Shown here piece after piece: positions 24,902 to 38,000 of a stretch of DNA of 64,000 nucleotides. The number at the start of each line of letters is the position of its first letter. The first letter of the stretch is position 1. The position numbers and the translations under genes were made by a program. Under the pieces are notes generated by a model. The model searched no databases and was not told the origin of the DNA. It saw only the letters and a program-made list of their open reading frames with translations. This stretch comes from Massalongia carnosa (taxonomy: Eukaryota), in assembly GCA_965645245.1 (NCBI GenBank), contig OZ287076.1:1240001-1304000 (forward strand), read 5' to 3'.

Positions 24902-27005
24902 TGCAGCTCAACGTCTTTTCTGAAGATGTTTTACGCAAGGGAAGGGAGACTATGGTGCGCAACAGCAAAATGTACCATAGCGCATTGTGCAATTAGCGAA
25001 TTTTCACCTAAAGTTCCTCTTTATACCTCCATCGACATTGGATTCGAGCCATGATAAGCTCCGTCTTCTTTAACCAGTGGGCGCACTGCCGAAACTCACA
25101 ACATATCTTCTTGAAAAGCGTATCTTTTTAAGAAATAAGACTTCTGCATTTTTTGTGCCTGATTATACCCTCTCCTTAATTTTCCACGATCCATTTTAAA
25201 TGGGGAGGCAAAGCCATCCAGCGCTTCCTGGATTTCTACTTTTCTTATTCCTCTCATATTCTTCAGCGAATCAAGATTTTGTGCTCCTGAAGTATTTTTA
25301 GGTTCCTTCTCCCACGATTCAGAAGGGTGATCGTCAGGTTCGCTAGGTAGTGCGAAGGCGCTAAGATAAAGCAGAGCTCCTCGACCGCGATTTGAAAAAT
25401 TTTCAAGAAAACATTTTTGGTTTGCTGAGTTTGATAGTTTGCTTGCACCGGTTACAACCCCTTTTTTCTGTTCTTCTCAACCCAACGTGGTCATAACACA
25501 TTCTACGAATTTGGTTGATTCCATGCTAATGGAATCGCACAAGTGTGGCTCTCGATCTCCTTTTTCTTGATCTCTCGAATACAGCTACCCTTGTCTAGGG
25601 CGATGCTAATAGTGTGATCTCTGTATCAAATACCCAACCTTTCGCAATTTAATCTACTTGTTGACCTGGGGTAGACCACGTGTGTTGGTTTTTACTGTTT
25701 GCCAAAAAAAATTTTTCTGCACCGAAGGAATTACTAGATTATCTTCTTCAACTTTAGACAAAGCTTTCATAACACTTACTGGAGTCTTAAGCAGATTCAA
25801 GCTGTTATTAATTTCGTCACATTTGGTAGTTTAATGGAGGGTTGAGTTGCTCGGTGGGAAAGCCAAGTATATTCAAGCCTAAAGAATATGGTGGTGTCAA
25901 TAGAAAGAATAGTGGAACAGGTTGGAAACGAGAGTAGTTACAAGTTATGATGATGATGATGTATTCATACTCCGATATGTCACCGGCCGTAGGCCGGCCC
26001 ATGTGGGCAAAGCTATCTAAGTTATGTTACAGGGAAAACCTTTTTCAGGTGTAAAAACCATATCCCTTGATACCTGTCCGTTGTGACACCGGGTCGACGT
26101 CGGACAGGAGACGCAGAGCGAAAATCATGTGAGAACTGTGACGCCTTGTGAGATAAGAAGGAAAAGAGAAGTGAAACTACTGTTAATTGTACAATAGTGT
26201 AGATGCCAGTGAGAATTGGGTCAGTAGACCTGTTTTCATTAGCCAAGTAGTTAATATCTTTAGAGTTTTTGATGTTTCGGTCAGCTGTTGATAGTTGTTC
26301 GTGCTAGCGGCGCAAAACATCTGTTTTCTATTGTCAATAAGTCTACAGAACATAATTACGTGTTCTGGAGTTTGTCTGTGGCTACAAGTTATAGTTGATG
26401 AAATTCATAGAAATTGAGCTAGCTCATGGCCTTTATAGTTGTGAAGGTACGATAGCTATAAATTTACGCAGGTAGAAAGAACTCTACCTCCTTAATCAGG
26501 TGTTGCTTGAAGAGTTTGTGCTCAACACATGGTCCAAAAGCCTCCGTGATCACTTTGCCTATACCAATAACTACCTTTTTGTTTTGAGATACGCGCGCTA
26601 ATGATCAGAAAAAGATCATTAAAATAATACCACATATGAGAAGACCTCACGCTCCTCCCTACAACAGTGTGTCAATCCGCCTGGTTACTTTGGGGGAAAC
26701 CGAGAAGAGGTTAATTTTTTTTTTAAAAAAAAGCTACACTCTTGCAACCGAGGCACGGAAATTTATGGTTAATGGAATCGCATCAAAGCTTCTCCGGCGC
26801 CGAGATCTGAATGCTACTCCGTCACTCGGTATCAAATTTCATAGACAGCTCCGTACTCCGTACATTTACAGAGTACTTTCCTCACTTACCTAATTCTCAA
26901 CATTGACATCTTTGAAATGTTATGTGTACCGTCTAATAACTATATCGCGTTAACCAACCTTGTTCCGTGTCCAGGTCCTTCTTCTCAAGGTCCTAAAATT
27001 CTTTC

Positions 27006-28280
27006 ATGACCTTCCCGGCTGTATCAGGGGCTACAGCGCAGGCGCAAATCCAGGAGGCTAGAGCTCGTTCGCCAGTGGCGGCTTTGCCTCAGGGGAGTTT
27101 GGAAGATAAGGCACTTATTACGCCCAATGGCCGCCTCGATGGTGCTCCGCTGATCCTCCACGATGCTCCAGCGGCAAAACCATGGGCACACTTTATTGCC
27201 GGAGGGTAGATTGCTTCATTCTTGGTATGATAGGTTTGGTATCAATACTGACTTCATATAGTATTGGTGGGATGACTTCCGCGGTCCTCACTTCGCCTCT
27301 TGACGTTCTCAAAACACGTTTACAATCCGACTTCTATCAATCTCAGATTGCAGCCTCGCGTAGATTACGGGGGATACCCCCGCCAGCAGCTTTGTCCTTC
27401 TCTCGTAGCTTGCTCTTACATTTCACAGAGACGTTTCAAATTCTTTTCTCAATACATCGTGTGGAGGGCTGGCGCGCACTTTTCAAAGGGTTGGGGCCGA
27501 ATTTAACGGGGGTTGTCCCGGCTAGGGCTATTAATTTCTATACTTACGGCAACGGCAAACGACTTATTAGCCAGCAATTCAATAGGGGGAACGAGGCTGC
27601 TTGGGTGCATCTCTGTGCTGCTGCCACTGCCGGCATTATCACTGGCACTGCTACCAATCCAATATGGCTTGTGAAGACGCGTTTGCAGCTTGATAAATCG
27701 CATGCCGAGAAGACTGGGTCTATATCAAATAGGAAATATAAAAACTCTTTGGATTGCGTGTTACAAACTGTACGGAAAGAGGGCATCAGGGGACTCTATC
27801 GAGGGCTAAGCGCAAGCTACCTCGGAGTAAGCGAGAGCACCTTGCAGTGGGTATGCTATGAGCAGATGAAGCTATATCTCAAGAAGAGACAATCTCGGTT
27901 GGTTGCCTCAGGAAGAGACCCAACGCTTCGGGATCAGATGGTGAACTGGAGTGGGAAACTCGGCGCTGCAGGTAGCGCAAAGCTTTTCGCCGCAGTCCTC
28001 ACATATCCCCACGAGGTGGTACGAACAAGACTTCGACAGGTTCCGCTGCGTGATGGACGACTGAAATATACTGGTCTTGTACAATGCTTCAAAACCATTT
28101 GGAAGGAAGAAGGTATAGCTTCCTTTTACGGTGGACTCACACCCCACCTGCTTAGGGTTGTTCCTAGCGCTGCTATAATGTTTGGAATGTATGCTATCCG
28201 CGATCCCCTCCTTCAGCCAAGCTTTCTAATTAGGATCTAGGTACGAGTTTATCCTGCCTTTTTTTGGTGCCCAAGCTTGA
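27006..28280 (+). CDS. RIM2: Mitochondrial carrier, pyrimidine nucleotide transporter type
   Basis: Three carrier signatures (PLDVLKTRLQ, PIWLVKTRLQ, PHEVVRTRLR), WAHFIAGG and GPNLTGVVPARAINF; two introns. Confidence 0.88.
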
Positions 28281-28688
28281 GAGCAATAGCTGTGGACCTC
28301 AGAACCAGAGTCTTCCGAATAAGCCGCTTTAATCCCTCCTGAAGCTCAACTCACCCCACTCACAGCCTTTCCCTTTATTGTTCATACTAGTTTCACAAAA
28401 ATACGCCAAACCTAGACTTGAGTGTAGCCTTGCGACTTCTTGTCGCTCTAGCATAGTACCGGGATGTACAAACAGGGATGTAAATTCAATTGTTAATCTG
28501 CACTGGAGAGGTAGAGCCCGTCATGAATCAAAGCAAGCGAAATCTATCTTTAAATCCGGGTTCCTAAATCCGAGGCTTATCCGGAGTTTAGTTGCACTAG
28601 TAAGAGGTTGGAGGGATAGGAATTTATCAGGATTTGAAGTCTTGTAAACCCTCAATCTTCCACTTTTTATAATGTATCGAAGACAGGT

Positions 28689-31016
28689 ATGGATTCTTCA
28701 GAAGTTAACACTAATAGCCGCGGTGAATCTCCTGACTCATCCAGCCATACGTTGAATATTTATGATGTAGAAAGTGAGTGGTTAGATGAAGATAATGACG
28801 ACATGGATTTTGAACCCACCGCAGACGATAGCGAGGACGTTGAAGTCTTCGAGCAAATGGAGGATTCAGAAGATGAATTTCAAGGTGAGGTAACAACTGC
28901 TCGTATGCTTTGAGTCATTATTTGCTAGTCTTTACTAATCCACCGTACTCGGATCAGACACAGAAGATGGAATAAGTGGCATCGAGATTGAATTTTCTGT
29001 CGATGACGGAGAGAACAATTTGGCAAGACAGCAAGCTAGCGGTTACACAGGGTTGCAAGACGAGCAAGCTCGGCCAGTAGCACATATTGTTGGGGGACGA
29101 ATCCATGGTACATATGTGTATATAAGCAAATTAAATGAACTGAGCTGACAGCTTTTGCAAGTCCCTGAAAGTCGACTCATGCAGCTTCTTGGAAATGCAG
29201 GTCTCCGTAGACTTTTCGCAGATCATAGGAGCCCTGGGGCTGAAGTTTTGAATCCGGATGACGAAGGTGATGAGCATGAAGATGGCTATGGCGGTCTGGA
29301 CCCACGACGGAGGCGGCGGCCAAAGGGTGGAGCAAAAAACTATCCTCTAGTACCCAGTGACGAAGGAAGAAAACTTATGGATAGCGGCACATTTGGGCGC
29401 AACGGATTTTACGAAGATATTCTCAGAAGGCGCAGTAATCGACTTGCAAGAAGGTTAATGAGTAGAGAATTGGGTTCCAATAAGAATCAACTGTTGAGAT
29501 CTAACCTGTTAATCTCTCAGGTACAAAACCTGTCTTAGATATTTAACTACGCTCATGATTGTCTAGGGCCTTATCCCTTCCTCGAAAGCAGATACCATCA
29601 TCCATTATAACTCTCGATGCTACTCGGGTCAGTTTTCCGATGATGGGAATTTTTTTTTTTCCTGTGCACAAGACTTGAAGGTTCGAATGTATGACACATC
29701 AAATCCCTACAGGTGGAAATATTATAAAACTGTGGAATATCCGGATGGTCGATGGACGATCACGGACGCATCGCTCAGTCCAGACAATCGGTTCCTTGCC
29801 TATAGCTCAATCCGGAGTATAGTCTGTCTGGCGCCCACCGATCCTGCGGAGAGTTGTGACCCAGTGCTCTTAGATTTCTCTACCACAGGTAACAGAAGCA
29901 ACATACGACGATTTAATGGAGGATATAATCATTTTGGTGTACGTTATCGACCAACGAGAAATCCAAAATATCTGCTGACCTGTCTATAGATATGGTCACT
30001 ACGATTTTCTGGAGATGGTCGGGAGATAGTTGCGGGAACATCCAACCACTCTGTCTATGTATACGACATTGAGTCTCGGCAATCTATACTCAGAATACCC
30101 GGGCATAATGATGATGTGAATGCGGTTTGCTTTGGAGATGCTTTCTCTCCGCATATTTTGTATTCTGGTTCTGATGATACTCTAATCAAAGTTTGGGATA
30201 GGCGGAGTATGGGTGATAGCCGTGAAGCTGGAGTCTTTATGGGTCATACCGAGGGTTTGACTTATGTTGACAGCAAAGGGGACGGCAGATATGTGCTGAG
30301 CAATGGGAAAGACCAAACAATGAAGCTTTGGGATCTGAGAAAAATGATGCCGACAGAGAAGGCTTCGAAGCTGGATCTTGGCCGTTACACCACAGGGTTT
30401 GATTACCAGTTAATGGCGTATTCCGATAGCAATTACCTGCCACATCCGCATGACTGCTCGCTCGTCACGTTTCGAGGCCATCGTGTTCTCAAAACTCTCA
30501 TTCGGTGTCATTTCTCCCCACCGTGCAGTAGCAATTCAAGATACGTTTACTCGGGAAGCGAAGACGGAAGTGTGTATATCTACAATATGGACGCAAGTTT
30601 GGCTGGTAAGGTTAACGTACAAGAGGCAACATACGAATCTCGACCATGGGACCCGGATGCATCTACCAGCAGTTATGGTATGGGTGGCCTTAGGACTGGT
30701 GGCATTTGGAAAACGTGCGTTCGGGACGCCAGTTGGCACCCAAACGCACCTGTGATCGCAGGTGAGCTCTTGCCGCCCATGCTTGTGAAGTTGTCTTTAC
30801 AATCTAACAATCTCAGCAACATCATGGAACGGCTACGGAAGTTCCACCGGCACGTGTACAGCACACAGCTGGAATGACGGCGCCGACGACGACGAAGCAG
30901 AACCAAAAATGGGCGTACGAGTAAACGACAAACTTGAACGGGATACAGGTCTCTATGAGAATGAACGCTTGAGAAATAGTCGACCGAGCCAATTTAGAGC
31001 ACAAAGGAGGGGCTAG
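28689..31016 (+). CDS. WD40-repeat protein, DCAF11/WDR23 (LEC14B)-like
   Basis: YSGQFSDDGNFFFSC, WTITDASLSPD, YSGSDDTLIKVWDRR, GHTEGLTYVDSKGDGRY, GHRVLKTLIRCHFSP and VRDASWHP motifs; acidic N-terminus; five introns. Confidence 0.88.
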
Positions 31017-31267
31017 CGATAAGCTGTAGCTACTGAAAATAGGATGATAAAGAGGAAGGGAAGATATGTTGTTGCTTTAGGCTGTGCCTCACACCAATCC
31101 AGGTACCTCCTTCCTGGACCGTGCAAATCACGCAACTTTGATAGAATTTTATGTGCCATGACACTCAAAGACCATTTAATTGAACATCGATGTTCCTAGG
31201 CCTAAAGGTCCCAGTAAAAGACGATCATGACCTAAATACCCCTTTCCCTCCTTACAATGCGAGGTCC

Positions 31268-31916
31268 CTAAATAGTCGTTTCAAATCGAATAGGTGTGAT
31301 CGTTTCCGGGGGGTTGGCCTTGGCGTCCACAGTCCGCGCCTCCCGAGGCAATGCTGGCTGCCTCTTGAGGAACATATGTGACCCTTCGGTTTTAGCCTTT
31401 TGCTTCTTAGCAGCATTGTCCTTCACCCGGTTGATAAAGTCCTCGCGCGATCGAGAAAGTGAGACGTGCTCGATACGCACGTTCACCCGCTTTTCAATGT
31501 ACCGGTTGCCGACGCGTTTGTAGATGATGACACCGAGGGCGGACTTAGTCACGTTGTAGACGACACCGGTCTTGCCATGGTAAATTTTATGGGGTAAGCA
31601 ATGTGGATGTTAGTATACGGATGTTGCTGTGAAAGTATGGAGGGGTATTATGTACCCTTTTTGTACCGCGCCGTTTGCCTTAATGTCCACAATGTCGCCA
31701 ACTCTGTAAAATTATTTAAGTTAAACTCCAAGTTGGCCCAGACCGAAACTTACTTATATTGGAGAAGATAAGTACTGAGCTTGATCATGCCCTTCTTTTT
31801 AAAGTCTCTAGCAAACGCATACTAGAATCAGCTGTTAGAAGATTGAGTTCCTTTTTGTAAGCCATCTTTTAAGAGCATACCCGAGTACCGGCACGAAGAC
31901 CTGCGGAGTGCCCCAT
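31268..31916 (-). CDS. RPL21: 60S ribosomal protein L21 (eL21)
   Basis: MGHSAGLRAGTR|YAFARDFKKKGMIKLSTY, GDIVDIKANGAVQKG, YHGKTGVVYNVTK and KRVNVRIEHV motifs. Confidence 0.96.
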
Positions 31917-32119
31917 GCTTAAGGCGGTATGGAGCTGGTGTTGGTGAGTAGAGGAGTTGGTGCTGAGGGTGCTTGACCTGGATATTTGTTCCAGATCCCA
32001 AATGTGTTGCCGCTAAAATCGGTAAGCGAGACGCTAAGAGGCCACAAACGCTCGCGAGATTCCATCAATTTATACCTTTCAAATTTAATTGACCCAACGT
32101 CAACCATCAGAAAGCATAA

Positions 32120-33073
32120 ATGGCACCTCGAGCGCACTCCAAAACCTTTAAGGTCCCGCGACGTCGTACGTTTAGCATTTACTGAAATTGAATATAGAAA
32201 TCGTTGCTGACACTATCAACAGCATTCGAGTCAGCTCGTCTGTGAGTTCAAAACCCGGCCACTGAGCATGAGCTTGTTCTCTGCCCATGTCGTGGCAACT
32301 CTACTGATACTACTGCCTGCAGGGATTCAGAATTAAAAGTTGTTGGCGAATATGGCCTTCGTAACAAGCGTGAGGTGTGGCGTGTTATGCTTACCCTCTC
32401 CAAGATTCGTCGTGCTGCGCGGTATGTATTTCTACACCTCTGATTTCTGCTAAGTCTTGATTTCATCGTCTGTAATGGCTATTACGATACTTATATCTCG
32501 TCTTTCACCTGGAATTTCTAATTCTAAATGCTCTCTTTGCGTTGATTTTCGCCCTGCTACACAATGCAGAAGCTGATGAATATGGTATAGCCAACTTCTC
32601 ACACTCGACGAGAAAGATTCTAAGCGTCTTTTCGAAGGCAACGCGCTGATCCGTCGTCTTGTGCGTGTTGGTGTGCTGGACGAATCCCGCATGAAGCTCG
32701 ATTACGTGTTGGCACTCAAGGTCGAAGATTTCTTAGAGCGCCGGCTGCAGACTTGTGTGTACAAGCTTGGTTTAGCCAAGAGTATTCATCATGCTCGTGT
32801 CTTGATTCGGCAGAGACATATTCGGTACGATTCTCATTCTTGCTATTTCTGTAACTTAAGATATCTGCTTGAATCTAACCTCCTTGCATTCACAGTGTGG
32901 GCAAGCAAATAGTCAATGTTCCCTCGTTCATCGTTCGTCTCGATTCACAAAAGCACATCGACTTTGCTCTCACTTCGCCATTTGGTGGTGGACGTCCTGG
33001 TCGTGTAAGGAGGAAGAAAGCCAAGGCTGCGGAGAAGAAGGATGATGAGGGAGGGGAAGATGAGGAGGAGTAG
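32120..33073 (+). CDS. RPS9: 40S ribosomal protein S9 (uS4)
   Basis: [53 protein letters not shown] and [11 protein letters not shown] motifs; four introns; head-to-head with RPL21 across about 200 bp. Confidence 0.96.
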
Positions 33074-33302
33074 TTTGAAGCTAATTGCTATGCTCTCAAT
33101 TTCAATAAAGGTTATGGTACGCAAAATAGTCAATGCAGCAGCACCAGTACTCCTTTGCTGTTTCGAGAAAAATCAAGTTCAAGTTCCTAGCCTCAAGTCC
33201 TAGTTTTACATCTTTTACTCGCAGCGCCTTTGTAGATGCGCAGCCTGGTGTCTGCTATAGTTACCACAAAACGCCTCCGCTATGCATCAACAGTACAGTC
33301 AT

Positions 33303-34763
33303 TCAATGCGCCAGTTCATCTTTCCCAAGAAATCTTACCATGGGATCGTTAGCTACAGTCCTTGACCTCTTGTAAGCCTCGATTTCATTTTCGATGACAC
33401 CACCTTTCATCTCAGCCAAGGTTCTTTTTTTGCCTTCAGGGTCTCCTTTCCCCTCTGCTTCGCCTTTCTCCCTTGATTCCATGCCTTGAGCAATATCATG
33501 CGCATTTTTGTTGCTCTCATCATTCCACTCGATCGCCTTCATGGATGTTAAGCTTTCCAACTCGCCCCCTCCTAGGGCATTGTTGGCTTGCTCAAATGCA
33601 ACCTTTCCCTCTTCCCCCGTGCAATAGCTGTTCTTGACCGTTGAATGACAACAGGCATATCCCCATTGAAAGTTCGCCCACCAGCTCCCCCACACAGATT
33701 TGTGGTTGTTGATCAGGATATCTTCCGGATATTTGGATTTTGTTTCCATCTTCAGGGCTCCGCGAATCGCTCCAGAATCGTCATACTCGACATACCTCTC
33801 ATTTTCGATAACGGCCATGTCCCGTAGCTGGGAAGGTTGTAGATGCTGTTCGCCGCCATATTTATTCAGCAAGAGCTTCCGCTGTGCTTCTCGCTTTACC
33901 GCGCTCTCCTGCTTCTCCTTTCGCCGAAAGTATTCTCCGGAGGTAGGGTTCGCCTGAAGATGTGTTCTATCCTTGTCGCCCCGTTCTTGAGACTCCCAGG
34001 CGTATTTTTGCGCTCGTTCAAACTCCGCCGCATCCCCAGAGGCTCGCATAAAGTTATCCTCAGCCACCAAGGCTGCGGCTTGGTCAGCTTGAGCTCCCAT
34101 ATCGACCATAGATCTTGTCTTCGGATCGTACTTGGCCGAATCCAAATCTAGATTTAGCAGGTACTTAGCAGTGTCTTCTCGTATCCGTAAATTCCTGGTC
34201 GCTGTGCTTTGTTGCCTCCCCATATCTGACTCCTCCGCATATTTTGCCTCCTCCGCCTCTCTTTCCTGAGCCTCATCATCCTCTTCCATCAACAACTTCT
34301 GTCCACCTCCCTCTACAACGCCTTTGGCCTTTTTCTTCAAAATTTCCAGCTCCTCGTACTCCTCTATCACAGCCTGATATTCTGTAGCATCATATCCGTT
34401 CCATCTATCCCGTTTCGCATCCCAGCCCAGTCTAACATCCTGTACCACCTCATCTGCCTGGATATCTCTACCCGTCCACTTCGCACCCTTAGCCCTCGGC
34501 CGGTTTAGGCACTCTTTCGTCTTGTGTGTCATAGCACCGCAGTTTTCGCAAGCCCCTTTGCGGAATTTGGTCGAGGCGGGACCGAGGCGGGCTCCGCGGT
34601 CATACCATTTTGACGGGTCAGGTGTAGTAGTTTGCAGACGCTGATGCTCGAGGTAATCACTTTCGGTGTCGGCAGAGGAGAGGTAGAAAGGCTTTTTGGA
34701 TATGAATTGAGGGATATATTCGTTCTTCTGCTTCGACTCTACGACTGCAGGTTTGCGAGACAT
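33303..34763 (-). CDS. SLU7: Pre-mRNA splicing factor Slu7
   Basis: Zinc knuckle [39 protein letters not shown] and [15 protein letters not shown] motifs; single 486-aa ORF. Confidence 0.95.
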   Translation of the reverse strand: MSRKPAVVESKQKNEYIPQFISKKPFYLSSADTESDYLEHQRLQTTTPDPSKWYDRGARLGPASTKFRKGACENCGAMTHKTKECLNRPRAKGAKWTGRDIQADEVVQDVRLGWDAKRDRWNGYDATEYQAVIEEYEELEILKKKAKGVVEGGGQKLLMEEDDEAQEREAEEAKYAEESDMGRQQSTATRNLRIREDTAKYLLNLDLDSAKYDPKTRSMVDMGAQADQAAALVAEDNFMRASGDAAEFERAQKYAWESQERGDKDRTHLQANPTSGEYFRRKEKQESAVKREAQRKLLLNKYGGEQHLQPSQLRDMAVIENERYVEYDDSGAIRGALKMETKSKYPEDILINNHKSVWGSWWANFQWGYACCHSTVKNSYCTGEEGKVAFEQANNALGGGELESLTSMKAIEWNDESNKNAHDIAQGMESREKGEAEGKGDPEGKKRTLAEMKGGVIENEIEAYKRSRTVANDPMVRFLGKDELAH

Positions 34764-35022
34764 GATGAGCTGAAAATGAGTTAGTGATAATTTGTTAGGG
34801 ATAAAGAATCCCAGAAGTCAGTTTGTAAAATGAGAGATTCCCTGTAAGGCTGACTATTGGTATGTACATTTCACGTTAAATGTTCCCCGCGGCTTCCATC
34901 AGCTAAGTATAGTTGCTTCCCCGATAGGTATTTAGCTACCCTTGCTTTCTATTCTCTTATTTCATACTCGCCATGCGATCAGATATCTCTTGCTCTATGA
35001 GCTCTTTCTGTTCAGATCTCTC

Positions 35023-38000
35023 ATGGATCTCTTCCGCGTCAGACTCAACTGCGTCGACCATTACCAGACAAACCCCACTACGTTCGATCCAAAGTTGGCG
35101 TACGGCGATGGAACGTCGCCACAAAATCTTTCCAAAATTCCGGTCATTAGAGTCTTTGGCGCAACGGAAACCGGCCAGAAGGTCTGCGCCCATATCCACG
35201 GTGTATTTCCCTATCTCTATATTCAGTATGAGGGAAGCTTGGTCTCGGAGGAAGGTAAAATATGTCCCGCCTCCTTAAATCTCGGCTTTCTGATAAGTTT
35301 ATAGTGGATAATTATATCAACCGATTACAGCTGTCAATTGAACTTGCTCTTACCGTGAGTTACAGACGCAAGCTGTCCGATAGCAAAACTCCTTTTGTCG
35401 CACATATTAGCTTGGTCAAAGGTGTACCTTTTTATGGATACCACGTTGGCTACAATTTTTTTCTCAAGATTTATATGCTCAACCCACTCTATATGACTCG
35501 GTTGGCCGACCTTCTCCGGCAAGGCACGATAATGAAAAAAGACATGCAGCCCTACGAGAGTCACTTGCAGTACTTAGCACAGTGGATGTGTGATTTCAAT
35601 CTTTATGGATGTGCCTATATCGATTTTAGAATGGTTCGCTTTCGCAGTCCTGTCCCAGAGTTCTCGCAACTAAGCGCTACCAAACATAAATGGCATGATC
35701 GTACAATACCAGCCTCTCATATATCCGACGATGATAAAGTACCACGTCAAAGCCATTGCTCTCTAGAGGTTGACGTGTGTGCGCAGGATATCCTTAATAG
35801 ACTGGATATTGCATCAAGGCCTCTACACCACGATTTTGTAGAGTGCAAGCATCCCATTAATACCAGCGAGAAGCTGGTCCACAGCATGGCAGAGCTTTGG
35901 CGGGACGAAACTAGGAGAAGGAGATCAAGGATGGGAGTGGCAGAAAGCAGCCCTTTTCCGCCTGAAGCCTTGGTATCTGTGTCCGCTGATCCGAGGAACT
36001 CCCAGCCGGATGGATGGATACATGAAGAAGACTACCTGCAGAAGATTAAAACAATAATCGACTTCGAGCAGAATAAGAGCGGTGCAAAGAAGTTAGATTT
36101 TGAGACTTTTATTTCGAAGACCTTTCTCGAGGCGCAAATAAAGACAAGTTTTGAAAGTGTGGGAGATCTATTCCCAGAAAACTTGAAAACTCTGAGGATC
36201 TCTGCTAGAGCTTCCCAACTTGCTAAACAACTCGCTTCGGATGGCTCAATCGAAGAGGCTGAGGTAGACCAGAATCGTGTATTATCGTTCATGGAAGACA
36301 ATGGTCTTTACGAATCTGATGCGGAATCAGGACGTGAAAGTGAACTCTCTCCGAATAAGCAAGAGGGCTTCTCTGATGAGCAAGATGGGTTATTGGAGCC
36401 ACCTGGTGTTCCTGAAGCTGAGCAGGATGATAATGGTATAGCAGACTCTGCCGGAACCCTCGTGGCACCTAAGTCTGTCGAGGACGTTCAAGGTCCCACA
36501 AGCTCCACAGAGCTCGAAGCTTTGGGAATCAGACATGCGGGCGATTACGGTTATGTCGAAGCAGATATGTTTGAGATACCTTTAGAGTGTACAAAAGATA
36601 CAAGCTTGGAGCTCAATCATCGCAAAAGAGAGAAAAGTTTAAGACCAGAATCGAAGCATGGCCTTAAAAGGCGTAAATTCTTCAATAACGAGCTGTTTAA
36701 TCTTTCGAGTACTCCTAACAAAATTGTAAATCATCCACAGCTTGACAGCGAGCATCACGCCTTATTCGTGAATGACCAAGTGGCAGCTTCTCAGACTAAT
36801 AATGATAACATACCACAGGAATCCACCCAGAATACGTTATTTCGTCAGCAAATTGCTCCCAAGCGAAAGTTTACCATGCTAAAGTCGTCCTCTCAGGAAC
36901 GTCATACTTCAAATAGCATAGATGGTACTAGAATTCTCTCGTTTCCTATAGTCAAAGATCTGCAGGATCCAACAACTATTCTGAAACTCAGTCAACGAAG
37001 CAATTCACCTATTAAACATTCCCAAACAAGTCAATCCATATCGCTTAGGCTCGAACAATCCGATGGGACTATTTCAGAGCAGTCGACCGTTCAAGGCTTG
37101 TTATCTTTCAAGCAAAGCTTAACGCCAACCATGCTTTCCTCGCAAATTCTACGACTATCGTCGCAGCTCCATGAGGAATTTGATGTTTTGCATACGAAGT
37201 CTTTAATGTGTTTTGCCAAAGACCCTCCCACTACCTTAGATATGCACTTTGAGATGCGTCAAGCTAAGATCCCCTCAATCATCTATCAGGATGCATATTA
37301 TGGTAAAGAGAAAGACGTGCCTGAGCGCTCTAGGGAGTATGCTGGAAAGGAGTTCAAGATTGAGAGTATTACCCTTCCCTACCTCCCAGATTTTGATCCT
37401 ACGGGCACATCAGCCGCTACGCGGGGAGACAAGGCAAGCGTTGTTATAGATAGAAATGTAGACGAGAGAATGTATCAGAAACAAAGGACAGCTTGTGATT
37501 TGCGGGTTTGGGAGATAGCGAATTTACCTCCAACGAGACTAGAAATTCAGAAGTGGATGCAACAAAAATATGGACACGATGGCATAGGCCAGTCCCGGAG
37601 CGGAGACAGCTATTCTCGAACAGATAAGGATCTGTCCCAGATCGATAGTGTAACACAGAAGAACAAGCATGGCTTCAAATATTCGCAGAAGCAGGAATCG
37701 GCGAGCGTTCAGCACGAAACACAGTATATGAGCCTCATGAGCCTCGAAATTCATACTAATACACGAGGAAGTCTTTTGCCAAACCCAGAGTACGATGAGA
37801 TCAACTGCATCTTTTGGTGTATTCAATCTGATGATATTGACCTCGAGGTGAATGGCTTCAATGAAGGCACTCATGTTGGGATCATTGCGCTTTCGGAAGA
37901 TGGAGTTTTGGGTAGAAAGATCTCTCAACAGACCAACGTTGAGGTTACAGAAGAATCTAACGAACTCGATCTTATCAACCGCATAGTCGATATTGTAAGA

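Noticed and set aside
29650..29660. T11 run inside the WD40 coding exon as a possible frameshift or slippage site
   Set aside because: It reads in frame as N-F-F-F-S, matching the expected motif.
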